Positions 40,575-47,842 of a DNA stretch of 64,000 nt are shown in pieces. A program made the position numbers and the translations under genes. The stretch lies in assembly GCA_963716255.1 (NCBI GenBank), contig OY970303.1, forward strand, positions 704,001 to 768,000. The letters are read 5' to 3'. Numbering within the stretch: the stretch's first letter is position 1; every line of letters begins with the position of its first letter. The notes below the pieces were generated by a model. That model was not told the origin of the DNA and searched no databases. It saw nothing but the letters and a program-made list of their open reading frames with translations. This DNA is from an uncultured Gemmatimonadales bacterium (GTDB taxonomy: Bacteria; Gemmatimonadota; Gemmatimonadetes; Longimicrobiales; Longimicrobiaceae).

Positions 40575-41575
40575 GCGCCGTGGAGCTCGCCCCCGAAGTG
40601 CAGCGGGCGCTCGCGGCGGAGGCGGCGCGCGCCCCCACCGTGCACAACGTGCAGCCGGCGCGCTGGCGCTTCGGGCCCGAGGGCGCGGTGACGCTCTTCC
40701 GCGCCGTGGGCCGCGAGCTCCCCGTCGCCGACCCCGCGGGGCACGACCTGCGGGTCAGCCTGGGTGCCGCGTGGGAGGGGATGGCGATCGCGCTCTCGCG
40801 CCGCGGGATGGGGCTCGCCGAGCCGGCGGGCGTGGAGGGCGCGCGCGAGGAGGGCGGGCTGCTCCCCGTGGCGGAGTCGGTGATCGTGGAGGGCACGGGG
40901 GAGGACCCGCTGGCGGCGCAGGTGGAGGCCCGGCGGAGCTTCCGTGGCAGGTTCGACCCGGTGCCCGCGGAGGTGCTGCGGCGGCTGGAGAGCGTGGGCG
41001 GGGAGGACGCGCGCTACGTGACCGACCCGGCCGCGATCCGCGCGGCGGCGGAGCTGTACGACGACGCGGCGTGGGGGTTCGTGGGCCAGGCGGGGTACCA
41101 CGCGGAATTGCATCGCTGGATGCGCCTGTCGCCGTCGCACCCGGACTGGGCGCGCGACGGCCTGAACGCCGACTGCATGGCGCTCTCCGGGGTGGAGCGC
41201 GCCGCAGCGTCGGTGCTCCTGCGGCCCCGGGTGTTCGGCGTGCTGAAGCGGCTGGGGATGGCGAAGCCCGTGATCTCCGAGGCGGCGCAGACGCGCAGCG
41301 CGTCCGCGCTGCTGCTCTTCACCCCGCCCGGCGACCTGGGCGACTTCGACGTGGGGCGGCGCTTCTACCGGCTGTGGCTGGAGGTGACGGCGCTGGGACT
41401 GGCGATGGTGCCCATGTCCGCGCTCTCGGACGCGCCGGAGGCGCGGGAGATGCTGTGCCGCGAGCACGGCGTGCCGAAGGATCGCCGGCTCGCGAACGTT
41501 CTTCGGGTGGGGCGGGTGCCGGCGGGCGGCGCGGCGAGGAGCCCGAGGCTCCCGACCGACGAGCTGCTGGTCTGA
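40571..41575 (+). CDS. Nitroreductase-fold (Acg/ThiF-associated type) oxidoreductase (operon gene 5)
   Basis: GTG start overlaps the upstream TGA; RAPTVHNVQPARWRF, RRSFRGRF, GRRFYRLWL, SPRLP. Confidence 0.82.
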   Translation: MSAVELAPEVQRALAAEAARAPTVHNVQPARWRFGPEGAVTLFRAVGRELPVADPAGHDLRVSLGAAWEGMAIALSRRGMGLAEPAGVEGAREEGGLLPVAESVIVEGTGEDPLAAQVEARRSFRGRFDPVPAEVLRRLESVGGEDARYVTDPAAIRAAAELYDDAAWGFVGQAGYHAELHRWMRLSPSHPDWARDGLNADCMALSGVERAAASVLLRPRVFGVLKRLGMAKPVISEAAQTRSASALLLFTPPGDLGDFDVGRRFYRLWLEVTALGLAMVPMSALSDAPEAREMLCREHGVPKDRRLANVLRVGRVPAGGAARSPRLPTDELLV

Positions 41576-41595
41576 GATGCAGGGGACGAAGCGAA

Positions 41596-41630
41596 CGGGC
41601 GGCCGCAGGAACGGCCGCCCGTCGCTTTTT
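41596..41630 (+). terminator. Rho-independent terminator of the five-gene operon
   Basis: CGGGCGGCCG / CGGCCGCCCG stem followed by TCGCTTTTT. Confidence 0.7.
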
Positions 41631-41654
41631 CCGGTGGGCTACACTCTGGTCCGG

Positions 41655-41822
41655 CTACGTCCCCGACCCGTTGCAGCGCGGGCAGGTCGTCTGTCCCTTT
41701 CCGTCACACATGAAGCAGGTCTTGTAGCCGCCGCCTCCCTCACCGTCCGGCAGCTGGCCGCTCCCGTCGCACTTGGGACACTTCACCTTGCCGGCACCGT
41801 CGCAAAGCGTACATACGGACAT
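41655..41822 (-). CDS. 55-aa stand-alone DnaJ-type zinc-finger microprotein
   Basis: Not in the ORF track. Hand translation: MSVCTLCDGAGKVKCPKCDGSGQLPDGEGGGGYKTCFMCDGKGQTTCPRCNGSGT. Four CxxCxGxG repeats; GAGGAGG RBS upstream. Confidence 0.85.
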   Translation of the reverse strand: MSVCTLCDGAGKVKCPKCDGSGQLPDGEGGGGYKTCFMCDGKGQTTCPRCNGSGT

Positions 41823-42108
41823 GCCGAACCTCCTCGTGTGGGTTTGATCCTGCGCGGATCGGTGCTCCTGCGAGCACCGGAGAGGGCGGGATCGCCCTCC
41901 CCCCGTTTGGGGACGGACGCGCCACCCGAACCTGGCGGGGCGGCCGGCAGCACGGCCCGACCGACGGCAGGGAGCGTACCCAAGCCTGTTTCCGCGCCGT
42001 TGCTGGGCTTTCGCGATCTGAACTGGAAAGCCTGGGGCACATGCGCCACAGAAAGCGGGACACAGATGTCCCGGTGTCCCACCGTGCCATCCGGGGCGGG
42101 GTGCGGAG

Positions 42109-43770
42109 TTACAGCCCCTTCAGGTACTCGATCAGCGCCCGCTTCTCCGCGTCCGAAAGCCCGGCGAACTCGCGCTCGTGTCCCGCGCCGCCCCGCCCCG
42201 GCACGCGCGTGTTGTACAGCGCCGGCTCCGACCAGGGAACGTACCCCGCCGGGTAGCGGTACACGCCCGCCGCGTCCGCCGCGCCCGCGATCCCCACCGC
42301 GGCGTAGTCCAGCCGGTGCCCGCCCACCGAAAAGCGTACCGGCCGCTCGGCGGGGGTCATGAGCTGCCACAGCGTCGGCACGGAGCCGTTGTGGAGGTAC
42401 GGCGCCGTCGCCCACAGGCCGGACAGGACGGGCGCCACGTAGCCGCCGGTGCGACCCGGGGCGACGTGGCGGGCGTACGCGGTCCCGGCCAGGCTCGCCA
42501 GCAGCCGGTCGTCGATTGCCTGCCAGCGGGCGGGGTCCGTTCCCATGGCGTCCTGCGGGACGAGCCGGTTGGGAAAGGCGGCCAGGCGGCGCGGGCGCGT
42601 GGCATCGTCGTAGACCCCGTGGCAGCCGGCGCAGCGGGCCGCGAAGAGGACACCCCCGGCGCGCGCCGCCACCTCGTCCACGGGGCCGGGGAAGCGCGGC
42701 GGCGCGTACGACGCGTCCAGCCACCCCATGACCTGGCGCACCTCGGGGATCGCCTGCTCCGCGTCGTCCGGGCTCATCCCCATGGTGGGGACGGTGAAGA
42801 AGGCGACGATGGCGGCGAGCGAATCCAGGTGCGCCGGCGTGGCGGCACCGCTCCGGGCGGCGAAGCGCGCGCCGGACGCGGGCGCGAACGTGCCGTCGTA
42901 GAGGAGCGAACTGCGCATCCCCCGACCGCCCAGCTCCGGGATGGAGGTGAACCCCGCCTCCGGGTGCATGGCGGCGCCGGACAGCAGCCCCATCTGCAAC
43001 TTGAGCGACGCCACCCCGTTGGTGAGCCCCGGCCCGCCGTTGGCGAACGGCGTCGGCGCGTCCACCCCCGCCGCGAGCGCCGCCATCCGCTTCCTCACCC
43101 GCGGCAGGATCACACGGCGCAGCGTGAAGCGCTCCCGCGCCCCCATCTCCGGAAACAGCTCCGCGGCCCGCCGCGCGAGCGCGTCCGTGTCGCCCGCGCC
43201 GCGCTTCATGCCGCGGTAGACGGCCCGGGTGTACGCCTCCACGTCCAGCGAGGTGTTGGGCAGGCCCAGCCACGCCTCGCCGGTGGGGAGCCCCCGCGCG
43301 TCGTACGTCGTCCCCGCGTGGCAGGCGGCGCACCCCAGCGTCGCCGCGTCGATGCGCACCATCGGCGTGGGGCCCTTCACCATCCCCGTCACCATCCCCA
43401 GCGGCCTCCCGAAGCGCGGCTGCGGCGGCCCCCTCCAGTTGCCGATGCGCTCCGGGTACAGGAACCCGAAGCGCCGGAAGAGCCGCGGCAGGTCGTCGCG
43501 CCCCAGCCGCGCCCCCGTCCGCGCCTCCTCGTCCGCCAGCAGCGCCGTGGCGACCACCTTGTAGGGGAGCGCGTTGCTTTCCAGCGTCGCGCCGCTCAGC
43601 CCGCCGAAGTCGTCGTGGACGAAGCGGGCCATCCCCATGCTCTCCGGCGGGACCGGCAACGTGTCCATGGCTTCCATGCCGGTGGAGCGCCCGCGCGATG
43701 AGCACGCGGCGACGAGCAGCGCGAGCGGAAGGAGCCGGCGCAGGGGGCGGCCCGTACGGGTTCGAGGCAT
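42109..43770 (-). CDS. Di-heme c-type cytochrome lipoprotein, RoxA/MauG-like
   Basis: LVAAC lipobox, CAACH and CAGCH heme motifs, GTDP, LWATAPYLHNGSVPTL, GH-x-F...LIEYLK. Confidence 0.85.
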   Translation of the reverse strand: MPRTRTGRPLRRLLPLALLVAACSSRGRSTGMEAMDTLPVPPESMGMARFVHDDFGGLSGATLESNALPYKVVATALLADEEARTGARLGRDDLPRLFRRFGFLYPERIGNWRGPPQPRFGRPLGMVTGMVKGPTPMVRIDAATLGCAACHAGTTYDARGLPTGEAWLGLPNTSLDVEAYTRAVYRGMKRGAGDTDALARRAAELFPEMGARERFTLRRVILPRVRKRMAALAAGVDAPTPFANGGPGLTNGVASLKLQMGLLSGAAMHPEAGFTSIPELGGRGMRSSLLYDGTFAPASGARFAARSGAATPAHLDSLAAIVAFFTVPTMGMSPDDAEQAIPEVRQVMGWLDASYAPPRFPGPVDEVAARAGGVLFAARCAGCHGVYDDATRPRRLAAFPNRLVPQDAMGTDPARWQAIDDRLLASLAGTAYARHVAPGRTGGYVAPVLSGLWATAPYLHNGSVPTLWQLMTPAERPVRFSVGGHRLDYAAVGIAGAADAAGVYRYPAGYVPWSEPALYNTRVPGRGGAGHEREFAGLSDAEKRALIEYLKGL

Positions 43771-43883
43771 CGCGGGACCGAGGGGGTGGGCGCGGCGGAA
43801 GCTGGACGTGGCGACGACGGACGAACGGTAACGATTCCCCGCGCTGGTGGCGAGTTCCCCATCCGGGGCGGAACGGGCGGGGC

Positions 43884-43937
43884 TTGATCGAATTGCCTGA
43901 TTGGTATATATTTCATCACTGAATTAAACACCAGTCA
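43884..43937 (+). promoter_or_regulatory. sigma70-like promoter with imperfect inverted repeat
   Basis: TTGATC (43884-43889), 17 nt spacer, TATATT (43907-43912) in an AT-rich island; TGATTGGT...ACCAGTCA arms. Confidence 0.6.
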
Positions 43938-43988
43938 ACCTGTTCGCTCGGTGACCGCCGGGCGAGCCACCAGAAAGGACGAGACACC

Positions 43989-44609
43989 ATGGCCGCCACC
44001 GTCACCGACCTCCTGAGCGTGCGCGAGGCCGCCGAGCAGCGCCGCTCCATCCGCGCCTACGTGCAGGAGCCCATCCCCCACGCGGACCTCGAAGAGATCC
44101 TGGAGACCGTGCGGCTGGCCCCCTCCGCGTTCAACGTGCAGCCGTGGCGCTTCGTGGTGGTGGAGACGCCCGCGATGAAGCAGCGGCTCGCCGCGGCCGC
44201 GTACAACCAGCGGCAGGTCACCTCCGCGCCCGTCGTGATCGTGCTCTACACCGACATGGCGGAGGTCCTGGCCACGGTGGACGAGGTGCTGCACCCCGGC
44301 ATGCCCGCGGCGCAGAAGGCCGGGGCGCGCGACACCCTGCTCAGGACCTTCGGGCCGCAGAGCGAGGCCGACCGCGAGGCGTGGGCCGCCGGGCAGGGCT
44401 TCATCGCGCTGGGCTACCTGCTGCTCGCCGCCGAGGCGCACGGCTACCAGACGTCGCCCATGGCCGGCTTCGACGCCGGGGCCGTCAAGGAGCTCCTGGG
44501 GCTCCCGGAGAACGTCCGCGTGCCGGCGCTGGTGGCCATCGGCCGGGGCGCCGAGGAAGGGTTCCCGCACCACCGGCACGAGCTGGAGCGCATCGTCCGT
44601 TACGCGTGA
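43989..44609 (+). CDS. NAD(P)H nitroreductase family protein
   Basis: RRSIRAY, APSAFNVQPWRFVVV, PMAGFD. Confidence 0.93.
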   Translation: MAATVTDLLSVREAAEQRRSIRAYVQEPIPHADLEEILETVRLAPSAFNVQPWRFVVVETPAMKQRLAAAAYNQRQVTSAPVVIVLYTDMAEVLATVDEVLHPGMPAAQKAGARDTLLRTFGPQSEADREAWAAGQGFIALGYLLLAAEAHGYQTSPMAGFDAGAVKELLGLPENVRVPALVAIGRGAEEGFPHHRHELERIVRYA

Positions 44610-44647
44610 TCGGGGGTTTGTTCGGAAAGGCTTTTGACGGCGGATCT

Positions 44648-44776
44648 GGGCGTGCCCCCGGCTGGCGCCGGGGTCGGGCTTCGGCTCCGTAACGCAGCAA
44701 ACAACGCTGCGTAACGGAGTCGAGCCCGCGCAAACAGCCGCGCGGTCTCGCCCCTTCGGGCCGGAATCCCTCACGC
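44648..44776 (+). repeat. Structured repeat family A, copy 7
   Basis: 38 nt after the nitroreductase stop; family C hairpins follow at 44803-44845 and 45052-45108. Confidence 0.9.
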
Positions 44777-45173
44777 GGGGCTCGCGCTGGCGTCCGCTGG
44801 GGCCCCTTCCCCCCGGCCCCCTCCCCCAATTCTGGGGGAGGGGGAGCACGACGACGACAGGCTGTTGCAGTTCCCGGGATCTGCGCAGGGAGGCCGGGGG
44901 TGGGCGGTGCGTTTGTTCGAAGCCAGCGTGATCTCGCCCTCGCTCCAGCGGCGGGCGAGTGCTCTGCGAGTCCCTTCGGGTGTCGCACCGCTGGAGGAGC
45001 CTCCCCCGGCCGACCACAAGCACCGGAGCCCGCCGGAACACACCGCTGTTGGCCCCCTCTCCCGGAATTGGGAGAGGGTGGCGAGCCTCAAGCGAGCCGG
45101 GTGAGGGCCAAACGGCGGGGAGGGGCGGCCGACGTGCTCGGCCGCCCCTCCCGTTTTCGTGCTCCGCGGCCGG

Positions 45174-45566
45174 CTACCGCGGCTTTGGCGCCGGCCTGAT
45201 CCTGACCGTGACGTACCGGGACGGCTGCTGCAACTGGAAGCGCGCGTCCACCGGGCACGCGTTCGGCATGGGAGCGACCCAGCCTCCCGGCACATGGAGA
45301 ATCGCGAGCGAGTCCGCCCGCGGCCCCGGATCGAAGGCCATGGGGTCGTTGGGATCGCAGTCACCCCGTGTCGAGGGAATCTCCCTGCCGCTCACGTGGC
45401 CGGCAGAGGAGCCCTGATTCACGATGGAAACGAGCTCGGCCACGGTCAACTGCCCGGCCCGGCTCCCGGTGGGTGGCGCGCTCGCGGGCGGCGGCGCGCC
45501 GGCGCAGCCGGCGAGGAGCGAGGCCGCGAGCGTACCGGCGGAAAGCAACCGACGAGATAGGGGCAT
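45174..45566 (-). CDS. Hypothetical lipoprotein
   Basis: LLAGC lipobox; GGAGG RBS upstream. Confidence 0.55.
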   Translation of the reverse strand: MPLSRRLLSAGTLAASLLAGCAGAPPPASAPPTGSRAGQLTVAELVSIVNQGSSAGHVSGREIPSTRGDCDPNDPMAFDPGPRADSLAILHVPGGWVAPMPNACPVDARFQLQQPSRYVTVRIRPAPKPR

Positions 45567-45700
45567 GGGTCCACCTCCGTCCGGGGTGAGCGGCGGCGGC
45601 GGATGCGGCCGCCTCCCGAACGGTACGCACGCAAACGACGAAGGAAAAGGCTTTTGAAGGGAAGGCCCAGCGGCAGGAAATCACGGCGCGGCAGCGACCT

Positions 45701-45829
45701 GCGTGAGGGATTCCGGCCCGAAGGGGCGAGACCCGCGGGCAGTTTCGCGGGGCTCGACTCCGTTGCAGACGGTCGTTTCGTCTGCTACGGAGCCGAAGCC
45801 CGACCCCGGCGCCCGCCGGGGGCACGCCC
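45701..45829 (-). repeat. Structured repeat family A, copy 8
   Basis: 19 nt after the dnaG stop; nearly identical to copy 5. Confidence 0.9.
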
Positions 45830-45848
45830 CACGCGCAGCGGCCGCAGT

Positions 45849-47714
45849 TCAACGCCGTTGCCCCTGGGCGTTCTGCGCCGTCCGCAGGATCCCCGACTTG
45901 CGCAGCAGACCCCGCTGCCGCATCAGCGCCGTCACCTGCATCATCTCCTCCAGCAGCACCCGCCTCTGCTCCGCGGTGCCGATCTCCATCTCCCGCCCGA
46001 TCTCCGTGAGCCGCTCCTCGTACGGGCGCGCCAGCAGGTCGCGGATGTTGGCCTGGAAGAAGTCCTCCGCGTCCGGGATCTCCAGGGCCTCCGGGTCGCC
46101 GCGCAGCTCCTCCAGCTCGGCCGCGACCTCGGCGGGGAAGCCCGCCACCCACTCCCCCTCCGCGTCGCGGCTCCCTTCCAGCTCGATCAGCTTCTCGAAG
46201 ATCGTCCGGTAGACCGGGGAGCGGAACTCCTCGGCGGCCACCACGTTGACGGTGCGCTCCACCCACGCCTCGTCGCGCAGCATCAGGAGCAGCAGGTTGC
46301 GCTCCGGCCCCAGGCTGGTGACCACGCGGGGCGCCGGCCGCGCGCCGAAGTCGTCCGCCCGGCGCCCCTCCCCCCGCTCGCGGCGCTCGGGGAGGCCCCG
46401 GGAGCGGTTGTCGCGCGCGGGGGCGTCCGCCACTTCCTTGTGGAGCGTGTCCTGCGGCACGCCGGTCTTTTCGGAGAGGCGGCGCAGGTACACGCCGCGC
46501 AGCACCTCGTCGCTGGCGGCGCGGATGGTGGGCATCAGCGCGTCGATGGCCCGCCGCGTCCCCGCGATGCTGGTGAAGAAGCCCTTGCGCTCCAGGATCT
46601 GCATCTTGCGCTCGAGCACGTCCACCGCGTCGTCCAGGTACCTGCGGAGCGCCGCCTCGCCCTTCGCGCGCACCAGCGAGTCCGGGTCCTCGCCCTCCGG
46701 GAGCGTCGCCACCAGCACCTCCACCCCCGCGCGAAGCAGCTCGTCCCCCGAGCGGAAGGTGGCCTTGAGCCCCGCCTTGTCGCTGTCGTACAGGAGGATG
46801 GCGCGCGGCGCGTAGCGGCCGATCAGCTCGGCCTGCGCCTCGGTCATGGCGGTGCCCAGCGGCGCCACGGCGTTCTCCACCCCGTGCGCGGCCAGCGACA
46901 CGTAGTCCATGTACCCCTCCACCACCAGGACCGCTTCCGCCTTGCGGATGGCGCCGCGGCTCCACCCCAGCCCGTAGAGCAGGTCGCCCTTGTGGTAGAC
47001 CGGGGTCTCGGGGGAGTTGAGGTACTTGGGGATGTGCTCCTCGGCCCTGCCCAGGATGCGCCCCCCGAAGGCCACCACGCGCCCGCCCAGGTCCTCGATG
47101 GGAAAGATGATGCGCCCGCGGAAGGCGTCGTACGGCTCGCGGTTCCCCTTCTGCGACTCCTTCACCAGCCCCAGCGACAGCAGCAGCTCGTTGGCAATCC
47201 CCTGCTTGCGGGCCGCGTCGCCGAAGGCGCTCCACTCCTCCGGCGCCCACCCCAGCCCGAAGCGCTCCGCCGCCTTCCGGCCGATCCCCCGCCCTTCCAG
47301 GTACTCGCGCGCCTTGCGGCCCTCCGCGTCGTCCCACAGGCGGCGGCGGAACCACTCCGCGGCGAAGTCGTTGACCTCGTACAGCCTGCGGTTGGGGTCG
47401 TCCTCGGGGCGGCGTTCCTGCCGCTCGGGGATCTCCACCCCCGCGCGCGCCGCCACGAACCTCACCGCGTCCAGGAAGTCCATCCCCAGGTGCTTCATGG
47501 GGAAGGAGAAGATGTCCCCCGCCTCGCCGCAGGTGAAGCACTTGAAGACGTTCTTGGACGGGTCCACCGAGAAGTTGGGCCCGCTGCCGCCATGCAGCGG
47601 GCACGGCCCGCGGAAGGTCCTCCCCGAGCGCTTGAGGCGCGTGTACTCGGAGACGATCTCCACCAGGTCGCCGCGGTGGCGCACCTCGTCGATGACGGCG
47701 TCGGGGATGGACAT
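45849..47714 (-). CDS. dnaG: DNA primase
   Basis: CPLH...CFTC zinc finger, FGGR, KYLNSPET, VEGYMD, YDSDKAG, DPD. Confidence 0.97.
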   Translation of the reverse strand: MSIPDAVIDEVRHRGDLVEIVSEYTRLKRSGRTFRGPCPLHGGSGPNFSVDPSKNVFKCFTCGEAGDIFSFPMKHLGMDFLDAVRFVAARAGVEIPERQERRPEDDPNRRLYEVNDFAAEWFRRRLWDDAEGRKAREYLEGRGIGRKAAERFGLGWAPEEWSAFGDAARKQGIANELLLSLGLVKESQKGNREPYDAFRGRIIFPIEDLGGRVVAFGGRILGRAEEHIPKYLNSPETPVYHKGDLLYGLGWSRGAIRKAEAVLVVEGYMDYVSLAAHGVENAVAPLGTAMTEAQAELIGRYAPRAILLYDSDKAGLKATFRSGDELLRAGVEVLVATLPEGEDPDSLVRAKGEAALRRYLDDAVDVLERKMQILERKGFFTSIAGTRRAIDALMPTIRAASDEVLRGVYLRRLSEKTGVPQDTLHKEVADAPARDNRSRGLPERRERGEGRRADDFGARPAPRVVTSLGPERNLLLLMLRDEAWVERTVNVVAAEEFRSPVYRTIFEKLIELEGSRDAEGEWVAGFPAEVAAELEELRGDPEALEIPDAEDFFQANIRDLLARPYEERLTEIGREMEIGTAEQRRVLLEEMMQVTALMRQRGLLRKSGILRTAQNAQGQRR

Positions 47715-47842
47715 GCTACGAATCGCGCCTGCGGCGGGTCACGCGCGGGTCAATTAAAACCCGAACAAAAACCGAATACAACCCGAAGATAACGAGTTTC
47801 ACGTTTCTGCGCGAGAGGGGAGCGGGTCGGTCCACACAGGAC

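Noticed and set aside
41655..41822. The Cys-rich microprotein as a RiPP precursor for the ThiF/nitroreductase operon
   Set aside because: It is on the opposite strand beyond the terminator, has no leader/core layout, is fully explained by canonical CxxCxGxG zinc-finger repeats, and no YcaO gene is present.
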